DNA of 64,000 nt, taken from Thermodesulfobacteriota bacterium. GTDB taxonomy: Bacteria > Desulfobacterota_D > UBA1144 > Nemesobacterales > Mycalebacteriaceae. Below the pieces are notes generated by a model, which was given only the letters and a program-made list of their open reading frames with translations, did no database searches and was not told the origin of the DNA. The stretch covers positions 1,184,001 through 1,248,000 of the forward strand of contig OZ245366.1 of the NCBI GenBank assembly GCA_965226585.1. Reading direction: 5' to 3'. Made by a program: the position numbers and the translations under genes. This document shows, piece by piece, positions 51,601-64,000 of this stretch (position 1 is the stretch's first letter; the number at the start of each line of letters is the position of its first letter).

Positions 51601-54600
51601 GTTGACGAACCGGTTCCACCCTGTACCCAAACATTGGAACCGGTAACATTCACAACTTGCCCCGACCCCGCTTCCGCGTTAATTGCCGCGCTGGTGTCGC
51701 CTCTTGCCCACACTGTTGAGCCGTTGAAAACTTCTATCGTTCGCCCTCTGATTCCGTCTGACCGTGCCGCGTTCCCCAACACATTTGCCCCGCTGATGAT
51801 TACTCTTCCCGCTTCCGCAACAATGGCTCCGGTTTGAGATATGTTTGTCCACACATTCGCGCTGTTGTGCACTTCCACCGTTCCGGTGGATGTAAAGATT
51901 CCGTCCGCCGTGCCGCCGTCCGACCACACACTTGAGTCGTCAACAAACACACTTCCTCTGAACGATGTAATGGCGGCGTTTGCCCCGCCGTTTGCCCATA
52001 CCATTGCCTTGTTGAATATCCGCGCCGTTTGCGCGTCCACGCCGTTTCCTGCCGATTCCGTCCAAACTTGCGCTCCGTTCACGGTTGCCGTTCCGGTGGC
52101 AAAAACCGCGCTGCTTGCCGCGCCGTTAATCCACACTTTCGCCCCGCTCACTATTTCCGCCGTTCCCGCCGCAACCGCGTCCATATCCGGGCCGCTTCCC
52201 TGCGCCCAAACCTCTGTGCCTGTGCCGTTGACCACCGCCAGAACAGTCGCGACAATCGCCGAGCCGCCATTTTCAACCGCCCAAACTTTTGCGCCGTTAT
52301 AGACGCGAGTCGTGTCCGCCGTTATCGCGTTGGTTATCCCTAAGGTGTTAGTCCACACTTGCGCGCCGCCGTCCACTATTGCGGTTGCCGCCCGTATCGC
52401 GTCCGTTCCGTTGTGTGTCCACACTTGGGAAGAGGAGTTGATGAAAGCGGATTGCGCTATAACGGCTCTGCTTCCCGCGCCGTTTGACCATACTTTAGAA
52501 CTGCTTTCGGTTACCGTTTTAGTTCCGTTGATTGCTTCTCCGGTCTCGCCTTCCGCCCAAACTTCGGAGCCGGTAACGGTTGCCTCGCCTGAGGTAATGG
52601 CGATGCTGTTCTCGCCTTCCGCCCAAACTTTTGAGCCGCTCCGAACCACCGTTCCGGTAGAGTTGATTGAGTTGCTGTCTATGCTCTCCGTCCACACTTC
52701 GGAACTGTCAACGGTTACGACTGAATCGGCGGAAGTGGCGGAAATCGCGTTGCTTGTTGAGCCGTTTGCCCAAACCTTCGCGCCGTCTATAATTCTCACA
52801 TCAGCCGTAATAGCGGATGAAAAATCTCTCGCCCTGATTGATGATGAAGTGCCGCCTTCCGACCACACTTCCGAGTTTCTGACGGTTACAACCCGTCCGG
52901 TGATCGCGCTACTGCTTACGCCGTTCGCCCATACCTTTGCGCCATTGGTAACGGTAACTCCGAGGGAGGCGGTGGCCGGGATGGTATCCTGAATTGATAT
53001 GGAACTGCCGCCTTCCGTCCACACTTCCGCGCCGTTGACGATTATGTCATTTCCGGCGACCGCTCTGCTTCGGCTTCCGTTTGACCATACTTTCGCGCCG
53101 TTTTCAATAGTTGCTCTCTCGAAAACTACGACTGCGTTGGTGTCTGCGCCTAATGTCCACACATTTGAGCCGTTGACGATTACACCACTGCCGCCGCCCC
53201 CGGTAATGGCGCTGGCTCTTATCATGTTTGCCCACACATTTGAGCCGTTGTAGATTCCCGTGGTTCCTCTGCCGATTGCAAGCGCGGCGTAGCCCACAGC
53301 GTCTGTCCATATATCGGAGTTGTCAACGGTTGCCGTTTGCGCCCTCAAAGCCGTGCGGCTACTGCGGTTAGACCACACCTTGGATTCGTTGAAAATATCC
53401 ACATGGCTTGCTCTCGCGACTATTCCGTTCGCGTCTGTTCCTTCCGCCCACACCTGCGAGCCGTTGACGGTTACACTGCCCGCTCTGAATTCGGTTACAG
53501 TAATGGCTGAGCCGCCCGTGCCGTTAGCCCATACTTTCGCGTTGTTTTCAACATCCACACTCGCGCCGCTGATTAATCTGATTGCGTCACGGATTGCGCC
53601 TTCCCTCCACACTTCCGCGTTGTTGACTTTTACGGATGACGTGCTTCCGGTCGCGTAAAGAGCTTCGGATGAACTGCCGTTAGACCATACTTTCGCGCCG
53701 TTTTCTACGATTATCTCGCCGCCGTCTCTCGTATATACCGTCCAACCGCTGCCGCCGGTAGTCCATACCTCTGTGCCACTGCCGTTGACTCTTACATCAG
53801 AGCCGCCGCGTGTTTCAATTGCTGTGGCGGCGATAGTGTTAGCCCAAACTTTTGACCCGTTGTACACGCTCACCGAACCCCCGCCGAGTGAAAGGGCTGC
53901 ATAAGAGCCGGCCGCCGCCGACCAAACCTCTGTGCCCGTGCCGTCAACGGTTACGGTGCTTGAGTTAATGGTTACCGCGCTCGCGCCGTTAGACCAAACT
54001 TTTGACCCGCCGTACACACCCACACCCACAGAGCCTGAACTGCCGATTGTCTGAGAGGGCGCGCCCGCACCGCCGCCTTGCGTCCATACGTTTGACCCGC
54101 CGTTGATTGTTACGGTTGTAGCGTTAATGGCTTGCGATGATGTGCCGTTAGCCCATACCTCGGAACCGTTGACGTTCACCTGCCTGCCGAGAATACCGTT
54201 GCTTCTGACTCCGTTTGCCCCAACCTTTGAGCCGTTCACAACATTCACCGTGCTTCCGGTCGCGTCTATTGCTTTACCGAAACTGCCGTTAGACCACACT
54301 TGCGAGCCGTTGATATCTACCCTGCCTCCGCCGGAGATTGCGCTAATGGCTGAACTGCTCGTGCTGCCGTCAGACCACACTTTCGCGTTGTTTTCAACAT
54401 CCACACTCGCCCCGCTGATTGATGTGATTGCTCTACTGCTTCCGCCGCTCTGCCACACTTCCGCGTTGTTGACTTTTACGGATGAACCGCTTCCGGACGC
54501 ATAAATGGTGTCTACTGCGGAACTGCCGTTAGACCAAACTTTCGCTTCGTTTTCTACGAGTATTTCACCGCCAAGTGTAAGTATTGTTGTTGTTCCGCTG

Positions 54601-57239
54601 TCGCCTTCCGACCATACCTCTGTGCCAATGCCGTTGACGGTTACATCAGAGCCGCCGCTTGTTCGAATTGTTCTGCCGGAAGTGTTAGACCAAACTTTTG
54701 AGCCGCCGTACACATCCACCGAGCCTGAACTGCCGTCTGAAAAAATTGTCGTAGAGAGGCTGCCCACAGACCAAACCTCTGTGCCACTGCCGTTGACGGT
54801 TACGGTTCTGGCGTTAATGGTTCCCGAATCCGCGCCGTTAGACCAAACTTTTGACGCGCCATACACACCAACCGAGCCTGTAACTGCAATGATTGTGTTA
54901 GAAGTGCCGCCTTGCGTCCATACGTTTGACGCGCCGTTGATTGCTACGGTTGTACCACTAATGGCTTGTGATGATGTGCTGTTAGCCCATACCTCGGAAC
55001 CGTTGACGTTCACCTGACTGCCGAGAATACCGTTACTGCTGACCCCGTTCGCTCCAACCTTTGAGCCGTTCACAACATTCACTGTTGCCGTGCCCGTTGT
55101 TACAATGGCGTTACTGTTATCCCCTTCCGTCCACACCTGCGAACTGTTTATGTTCAAATGCGCGGTGGCGGCGGTTGTAACAATGGCGTTACTTGTCGCC
55201 CCGTTTGACCAAACCTTTGAGCCGTTGACCGTTGCGGAGTCTTTTGTAACGAACGCTATGGAATCGGTTCCGTTTGTCCATACTTCCGTTGAGTGATTTA
55301 TGCTGACATGTGTAAATCCTTCCGTTGACGCAACCGCCGCGTTTATGCCGATAGAGTTACCCCCGTCCGTCCACACCTTCGCGCCGTTCAGGTCTGCTAT
55401 CGCGTAAGTCAACTGGCTTGAGCCGTCAACATCTTTGGTTTCCAGTTTTATCGCCGTTGAGTTAGCACCCCTTGCCCCGATTTCGCCGCCGTTTTTCACA
55501 CCCAGCCCGGCAATGCCGCCGTCCGTTGCGGAAACAAGAGCCGATATGGAATTTTCGCCCGTAGTCTCAACCTTCGCGCCGCCAACCACATTCGCAACAC
55601 TTACCCCGTTGCTGAGCGCGCTGGTCGCGCTTTCGCCGAGAGAAGTGAGGTAGTCAGACAAAGATGTTCCGTTGGCAAGGGCGGTTGAAGAATGCCCGGG
55701 GTTGACGACAATCGTTCCGCTGTCATCAAAAGTGAAAAGAGGGTTTGCCTCCGCAAAAGTTTCAAGTTCTCCAATATCGCCCGCCGAAACCGCCGCCCCC
55801 GTTTCGTATCCGTCCACCACGCCAACCATTATTCCGGTTGAGTTGTGTCCCGTTGCCGTAACCCGTGAGGCATTTATATCCGCTCCGGCTGTTCCGCCCG
55901 TGTCTGAAAGCACAACAACGCCGTTTGAGTTGTCTCCGCCGGTTGTGATTCGTGTTCTGGCGTTTGATATGTTCGCGTACGCGCTTCCGCTTGCCGTGTC
56001 CGTCAAAATCTCAACCGCAGTTGATTCCGCGCCAATTGTCTGCACACTCGCGCCGTTGAGGTTCAGGATTACGGTTCCGTCCGGAACTCCGGTGTCGCCC
56101 GTTCCTCTTTTTCCGCTCACGCGGGTTGAAATCGCCACAGAATTTGAACCGTTTGTCCATACGTTTGTGTTGTTCAGATTGAGGGTTGTGCTTCCGCCGA
56201 ATTCGCTTTCCGCGTCAATCGCCGAAGAGTTTGCCTCAGCCGCCCAGACGTTTGAACTTACAGCGTTCACGACAGTATTTGATTGTGAAAGCGCGGTTGT
56301 GTTTATCGCCACCGATTTGCCAAGAGTATCGTTGCCGCCTTTGCGGGTGGACACATTTGAAACAAAGAGGTTAATGGCGGTGTTGACCGCTGAAGATGAG
56401 TTTGTTTCAATGGCGGAAGCCGAGCCGCCGTCTGCCCAGATGTTCGCGCTTACCGAGTTCACGGTAACGTTCAGTCCCGCTTCATAAGACGAAATGGTTG
56501 TCGCCTCTATTCCGTTTGCCCATATATCAGAGCCGCCTATGTTGACAATCGCGTTGCCGTCTCCGGTTGCGTCATCTCCCATGTCCACAGGGTCCGGCGG
56601 GTCCGGCGGCTCCACAGGTTCTTCCGGTTCGTCCGGGTCTAAGTCCGTTACTTCGTCCCCGTTGTCTGTGCCGGTAGATTGACTGCGTCCGTCATCCGAA
56701 CTTCCTCCGGGAATACCGAGAAGTTTGCTGACAATGGAGATGGTTTTCGCGCCGCCGGCTGATGCGTTGGAATAAATTATACTGCCGTTGCTTATGTTCA
56801 CAGATTCGGCGTAGATGGCTGTGGTTCCTTCGCTTCCGTTTGCCCAGGCCGCCGCGCCGTTGACGTTGACAAACGGGGCGTTAATGGCGGTTACGTAAGA
56901 TGCGTTTGCAAATACTTTTCCGGTAGTCAGAATTGACACGTTGCCGGAAATATCTATGGTTGTTGACGCGCCCGCCTCCGTTCCGTCCCCTTCAGTCCAT
57001 ATATCAGTTACTGTGCCGCCCTCGCCGCCTGTCAGGGGAATGCTTACTCCGCCAAGGTCTAATATTGAGTCGCCATCTTCCGTGGTGGTGGTGTCCGTTA
57101 TGGAGTCGCCTCCGGTGTAGTCAATTGCCGTTTGCGCGCGGGCGGTATCAAATCCCGCAAAGGGAACGGCAATTGAAAATGCCACTAAAAGAAAGATAAC
57201 AAGGGCGGAAAACGCCCCGCTTTTAAGTTTAGATTTCAA
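48648..57239 (-). CDS. Giant autotransporter adhesin-like protein AT6 (2863 aa)
   Basis: TTG start, signal peptide ...FDTARA/QTA, an acidic Pro-rich insert, dozens of VWxxG repeats, DMKGGDDTF/EMGTGADTF motifs, and a barrel ending GRLNLAF. Confidence 0.92.
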   Translation of the reverse strand: MKSKLKSGAFSALVIFLLVAFSIAVPFAGFDTARAQTAIDYTGGDSITDTTTTEDGDSILDLGGVSIPLTGGEGGTVTDIWTEGDGTEAGASTTIDISGNVSILTTGKVFANASYVTAINAPFVNVNGAAAWANGSEGTTAIYAESVNISNGSIIYSNASAGGAKTISIVSKLLGIPGGSSDDGRSQSTGTDNGDEVTDLDPDEPEEPVEPPDPPDPVDMGDDATGDGNAIVNIGGSDIWANGIEATTISSYEAGLNVTVNSVSANIWADGGSASAIETNSSSAVNTAINLFVSNVSTRKGGNDTLGKSVAINTTALSQSNTVVNAVSSNVWAAEANSSAIDAESEFGGSTTLNLNNTNVWTNGSNSVAISTRVSGKRGTGDTGVPDGTVILNLNGASVQTIGAESTAVEILTDTASGSAYANISNARTRITTGGDNSNGVVVLSDTGGTAGADINASRVTATGHNSTGIMVGVVDGYETGAAVSAGDIGELETFAEANPLFTFDDSGTIVVNPGHSSTALANGTSLSDYLTSLGESATSALSNGVSVANVVGGAKVETTGENSISALVSATDGGIAGLGVKNGGEIGARGANSTAIKLETKDVDGSSQLTYAIADLNGAKVWTDGGNSIGINAAVASTEGFTHVSINHSTEVWTNGTDSIAFVTKDSATVNGSKVWSNGATSNAIVTTAATAHLNINSSQVWTEGDNSNAIVTTGTATVNVVNGSKVGANGVSSNGILGSQVNVNGSEVWANSTSSQAISGTTVAINGASNVWTQGGTSNTIIAVTGSVGVYGASKVWSNGADSGTINARTVTVNGSGTEVWSVGSLSTTIFSDGSSGSVDVYGGSKVWSNTSGRTIRTSGGSDVTVNGIGTEVWSEGDSGTTTILTLGGEILVENEAKVWSNGSSAVDTIYASGSGSSVKVNNAEVWQSGGSSRAITSISGASVDVENNAKVWSDGSTSSSAISAISGGGRVDINGSQVWSNGSFGKAIDATGSTVNVVNGSKVGANGVRSNGILGRQVNVNGSEVWANGTSSQAINATTVTINGGSNVWTQGGGAGAPSQTIGSSGSVGVGVYGGSKVWSNGASAVTINSSTVTVDGTGTEVWSAAAGSYAALSLGGGSVSVYNGSKVWANTIAATAIETRGGSDVRVNGSGTEVWTTGGSGWTVYTRDGGEIIVENGAKVWSNGSSSEALYATGSTSSVKVNNAEVWREGAIRDAIRLISGASVDVENNAKVWANGTGGSAITVTEFRAGSVTVNGSQVWAEGTDANGIVARASHVDIFNESKVWSNRSSRTALRAQTATVDNSDIWTDAVGYAALAIGRGTTGIYNGSNVWANMIRASAITGGGGSGVIVNGSNVWTLGADTNAVVVFERATIENGAKVWSNGSRSRAVAGNDIIVNGAEVWTEGGSSISIQDTIPATASLGVTVTNGAKVWANGVSSSAITGRVVTVRNSEVWSEGGTSSSIRARDFSSAITADVRIIDGAKVWANGSTSNAISATSADSVVTVDSSEVWTESIDSNSINSTGTVVRSGSKVWAEGENSIAITSGEATVTGSEVWAEGETGEAINGTKTVTESSSKVWSNGAGSRAVIAQSAFINSSSQVWTHNGTDAIRAATAIVDGGAQVWTNTLGITNAITADTTRVYNGAKVWAVENGGSAIVATVLAVVNGTGTEVWAQGSGPDMDAVAAGTAEIVSGAKVWINGAASSAVFATGTATVNGAQVWTESAGNGVDAQTARIFNKAMVWANGGANAAITSFRGSVFVDDSSVWSDGGTADGIFTSTGTVEVHNSANVWTNISQTGAIVAEAGRVIISGANVLGNAARSDGIRGRTIEVFNGSTVWARGDTSAAINAEAGSGQVVNVTGSNVWVQGGTGSSTAIRGRTAHVNITSSNVRTESEGIAVWAAGVDITDSQVWARDGWALWSYGTNVNVTGSNVWADGDGSKRAIHATTSSVSISGSNVWTTGTRGITVNARNVDITDGSNVLSNSATDRVISVYATGHVNVDASTVSTAGFSTNVIAAASVNVTGDSTVRKDSHSSGDGTTINATGRVVVDDSRVIARGPRGVAIIAQTADIYSGAIVSAQSVAGGKAVRAGTVTVSGGSLVWSSGRTSNTIEADTVSITGGGKVRSDAGASTSGIGGSGRYGISSVAPRTADITITGDGTGEIWTHGTIQSAAKVASVFAPAGGTATVGNVKVWSNSPGADAIRVETNLVLSGTEVWTVSQEAATVNASTATGGDVSVTVANGANVTARGESRGDARAYGIYAESDGGDVAITLSGSGSRVSGNGATPRGTRGIYAKSDGGNMTLEIGAGTFVSGAWFAVNMTGTGAGEIQNDGEIDGDTYMGGSGDIFNNTGTFTGVVDMKGGDDTFNNLGSRVLTLAPGGATVEMGTGADTFNNDGRLTLAGAGVIDFGAGADTFETTGTLTVSADDTITGLERALFRGQSILAVDFTPAADSEGVTVAGAATIFNLGAAVSPDDLATSLTIMGTSNASTELDYTLYTTASLSSGNRDSVLARVANIMAKVGGSARFNEDFDLLIRFSRLASPGGAGGNLLPYDAFIQSAWHTDRAFASKLRGRCGSTEGEVEEMAGGGCAWATTGSRSVSHKRTLEYKEDVFTFSGGISIPFAIAGVTIAGGYETSNFDIGVRGADVKTKAEVERFMVGVGASRPVANLFIADIGIQVGRSDVESNRVQQEAVSSPRLRALSSTAGIERVSVVGGIYITPRLELGLSHVAMDSITESGFDGIAVEGENKLFIFTAPSIEFRYPAQQFVDVWAKAGSNILLNKTHESLLKIKDDPTQVDGTLERSTHTYGGGMEFNFSSDGAGAVSASFEYDGGMSSSFKTFVHSFTGRLNLAF

Positions 57240-57374
57240 AACAAACTCTTGAGGACTGTTGTGTCCGTCAAATTTTTATTCCGCTGTTGCCTTATGATTA
57301 GATAAGACAATTTCCGCAATAGTAATAGCAAATGGTGTTTTCGTCAAGCCCCCGCCAAGCCCCCGCAGAGGCAC

Positions 57375-57402
57375 TTGAAATGACCGCCGTTTTAGAATAG
57401 TC
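57375..57402 (+). promoter_or_regulatory. Putative ssrA promoter
   Basis: TTGAAA-16 bp-TAGTCT ending 14 bp before the mature tmRNA 5' end. Confidence 0.4.
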
Positions 57403-57416
57403 TCAAAGCCCGAAAT

Positions 57417-57766
57417 GGGGGCGAACTGGCTTCGACGTATCTGAAGACAGCTCATGCCGCATGCCGAGCTTGGCTAACTCGTTAAACTGACCTGTCGCTT
57501 ATTAAACGGCGAACCAATTAACGCACTCGCGGCCTGAATAACGCCGCGACGTCCCGCCTGACAATGCCTGCGTGTTTTGCGGGGCGGCATCCTGCAGGCT
57601 GGTCTGCCCGCGCCTCCCGGCTCGCGAGCGGATGAGAAAACAGTCGGGAAAACGGAAGAAGCGCCCGTCCGCCGGCAACTTTTTCCGTAATTACGGCGGA
57701 ATAAGCATGTAGAAGCTGGGCGATTCTCTTTTGCGGACGCGGGTTCAATTCCCGCCGCCTCCACCA
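57417..57766 (+). ncRNA. ssrA: tmRNA
   Basis: 5' GGGGGCG..GGCTTCGAC; 3' GCGGGTTCAATTCCCGC-CGCCTCC-ACCA with the Ala G3:U acceptor pair. The tag reading frame 57508-57537 encodes GEPINALAA*. Confidence 0.97.
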
Positions 57767-57777
57767 ACGGAATCCTT

Positions 57778-62049
<4,272 letters not shown>

Positions 62050-62065
62050 AGGACACCACTTTTTC

Positions 62066-62336
62066 CCATCATTCCGTTGCCTCACCCCGTCATTCCGTTG
62101 CCCTCCCCGTCATTCCGTTGCCTCACCCCGTCATTCCGTTGCCCTCCCCGTCATTCCGTTGCCCTCCCCGTCATTCCTGCGAAAGCAGGAATCCAGTATT
62201 ACATAACCGGTTGAATACTGGATTCCGTGTCAAGCACGGAATGACGGAAGTGGAGAAGCGTCATTCCTGCGGAAGCAGGAATCCAGTATTAATTAACCGG
62301 TTGAATACTGGATTCCGTGTCAAGCACGGAATGACG
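62066..62336. repeat. Repeat cluster: 20-bp tandem units and two doublets (62169, 62259) between convergent genes
   Basis: About five CGTCATTCCGTTGCCCTCCC-like units, then two 78-bp doublets. The second abuts the reductase stop codon at 62337. Confidence 0.95.
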
Positions 62337-63725
62337 TTAGCCTTTAAGCGCCTTCATTATCTCTTCTATGGTTGTGTACTTAACCCTCGGTCTTCCCTCC
62401 ACCTCTCCGCGTTTTTTCTCTTTCTCATCCACAACCGACCACTTTTGATAACTTATGTAAGCAGGCTTCCTCTCGTCAAGCAGGGCTTCTATGGAAACCG
62501 CCTTCTCATCCGGCGCAAACAAAACCCCCTTCTCCGCGTCCTCAATCATCAAATCAACCGTTTCCGCAGAGTCGGTTTTGTTTGTCCCTATAACCCCGGT
62601 CGCGCCTCTTTTTATCCACCCTGCGGTGTAAAGACCCGTAAGCGCGCCGCCGCCGGGGGCGTCCAGCACTCTGCCCAGCCCGTTGGGTATCACACCCGCG
62701 CTGTCGTCAAACGGCACATCTTTTAGCGCGATTCCCCTGTATCCAATTGAACGGAAAACTATGTCCGCCCGTATAGTTTCGGTCTCCCCGGTCGGCACGG
62801 CGCGGACGGTTCCGTCTTCCCGCCTCTCAAGACGGTTTTTTACAAATGTTGCACTTGCCACCCTTCCGTCTTTTCCGCTTTCCATCGCAACGGGCGATAA
62901 CAGAAAACGCAGGTGGAGGGTTTTCTTTTCCCCGCTCTGTTCGCGGCGGGAAAAACTTTCCAGAATTTCCAATTTTTTCGCGGTTGCCGCGTCCGGGTTT
63001 TCTTCAAGAAACCGCTTTGAAACGGGGTCAAGATTCAAATCCTCCTCCCGCGTTACGGCAAGAGCGTCTTCAAGGGCTCCAAGTTCCCTGAGTTCGGGAT
63101 TTGTGAACGCCGCCTGCGCGGGTCCCCTCCTCCCGATGATGTAAATCTCTCTTATGCCGCTCGCCTCAAGTTTTTTCATCGCGTAGTCTGCGATGTCTGT
63201 TTTTCCAAGTTCGCCTCCGCTCAGACACAAAATACGCGCCACGTCTATCGCCACATTTCCAACGCCGATGATAATGGCGCGGCTTCCCGACATTTCAAAA
63301 TCCAATTCAGACGAATGGGGATGACCGTTATACCACGCCACAAACTCAGTTGCCGTGTGGCTTCCGGGAAGATTTTCGCCGGGGATTTCCATTCTTTTGT
63401 CCGTTTGCGCCCCGGTGGCGAAAACTATTTGATGATAGCGTTTTTTGAGGTCGGCAAGGGTTATGTCTTTTCCGAACTCAACAAAACCGAAGAAACGGAA
63501 AGACGGATGGGAGGCGATTTTGTCATACATCTTCGCCACCGTTTTAATTTTCTGATGATCCGGCGCAACGCCGTGCCGCACAAGCCCGTGCGGTGTGGGC
63601 AGAGTGTCAAACATATCTATCTGAAGCTCCGCCCCGCTTTTCTTTATAAGGCGGTCTGCGGTGTAGAAACCGGCGGGACCTGAGCCGACAATCGCGATAT
63701 TCAGTTTTTGTTTTCCGCTTTCCAT
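62337..63725 (-). CDS. Adrenodoxin-reductase/FprA-like ferredoxin-NADP(+) reductase
   Basis: Motifs IVGSGPAGFY, GLVRHGVAPDH, FVAWYNGHP, GVGNVAIDVARIL, GRRGPAQAAFT and GWIKRG. Start is ATG 63725 or TTG 63740. Confidence 0.93.
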   Translation of the reverse strand: MESGKQKLNIAIVGSGPAGFYTADRLIKKSGAELQIDMFDTLPTPHGLVRHGVAPDHQKIKTVAKMYDKIASHPSFRFFGFVEFGKDITLADLKKRYHQIVFATGAQTDKRMEIPGENLPGSHTATEFVAWYNGHPHSSELDFEMSGSRAIIIGVGNVAIDVARILCLSGGELGKTDIADYAMKKLEASGIREIYIIGRRGPAQAAFTNPELRELGALEDALAVTREEDLNLDPVSKRFLEENPDAATAKKLEILESFSRREQSGEKKTLHLRFLLSPVAMESGKDGRVASATFVKNRLERREDGTVRAVPTGETETIRADIVFRSIGYRGIALKDVPFDDSAGVIPNGLGRVLDAPGGGALTGLYTAGWIKRGATGVIGTNKTDSAETVDLMIEDAEKGVLFAPDEKAVSIEALLDERKPAYISYQKWSVVDEKEKKRGEVEGRPRVKYTTIEEIMKALKG

Positions 63726-63809
63726 CTGTTTAATCCGCAACCCTCAAATCAACCCGTCTATACGCGCAAGTAGGTTATCAGTATAATTACAGCCGGGTTT
63801 TTTAAAATT

Positions 63810-64000
63810 ATGCCGCGCGCCAATGTGGACAGAGAACATCTTCACCTGAAAATAGTTCAGGAGATCAGCGATTTTATGAATAAATCGACTGGTCTGGACA
63901 CTATTCTCAAAGGTGTGGTCAACAAAATAAGCGAGTCTCTCCACTTCGCGGTCGTGTCAATATACATAACCGACACCGAGAGCGGAAACTTGCGTCTTAT
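63810..64000 (+). CDS. N-terminal GAF-domain protein, possibly PtsP (enzyme I-Ntr); truncated by the window end
   Basis: Manual translation MPRANVDREHLHLKIVQEISDFMNKSTGLDTILKGVVNKISESLHFAVVSIYITDTESGNLRL resembles the start of a GAF domain. Confidence 0.55.
   Translation, partial: MPRANVDREHLHLKIVQEISDFMNKSTGLDTILKGVVNKISESLHFAVVSIYITDTESGNLRL

Noticed and set aside
7546..56487. Many long antisense ORFs rich in Pro/Val/Thr/Ala
   Set aside because: They are shadow frames of the biased autotransporter codons.
5475..57239. Diversity-generating retroelement, shufflon or integron
   Set aside because: No reverse transcriptase or tyrosine/serine recombinase is recognisable, and differences between paralogous segments are not visibly adenine-specific.
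5280..57766. Island integrated at ssrA
   Set aside because: The island lies 5' of the tmRNA. I see no integrase and no duplicated tmRNA 3' end.
63744..63944. 66-aa minus-strand ORF
   Set aside because: It overlaps a more convincing + strand GAF-like frame starting at 63810.

Overview
This bacterial window has housekeeping genes at both ends. Left: a partial GT-C glycosyltransferase, a GtrA-like gene, trpB, trpF, a ColD-like PLP enzyme and gltA. Right: ssrA, rdgB, pyrG, an RNase II-family gene, a ferredoxin-NADP reductase and a partial GAF protein. Between them lies a ~52 kb island (5.3-57.3 kb) of eight related type V autotransporter-family genes: six with large Gly/Ser/Thr/Ala-rich passengers (about 1,170-3,750 aa) and two with no passenger. 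Almost every intergenic space in the island, one outside it, and one in-frame site inside a gene carry a 78-bp CGTC-tagged palindromic doublet (23 complete empty copies counted by eye). The most striking observation is that one doublet (25332-25716) holds a 96-aa GIY-YIG nuclease gene exactly where the other copies have a 13-bp spacer. This suggests an autonomous/non-autonomous repeat system served by a GIY-YIG nuclease instead of the RAYT transposase known for REP/REPINs. Other notable signals: a C8 frameshift in the signal peptide of the first autotransporter, near-identical barrels on different passengers, and oppositely oriented doublets around the only + strand autotransporter. All calls come from manual motif recognition; no database searches were run.
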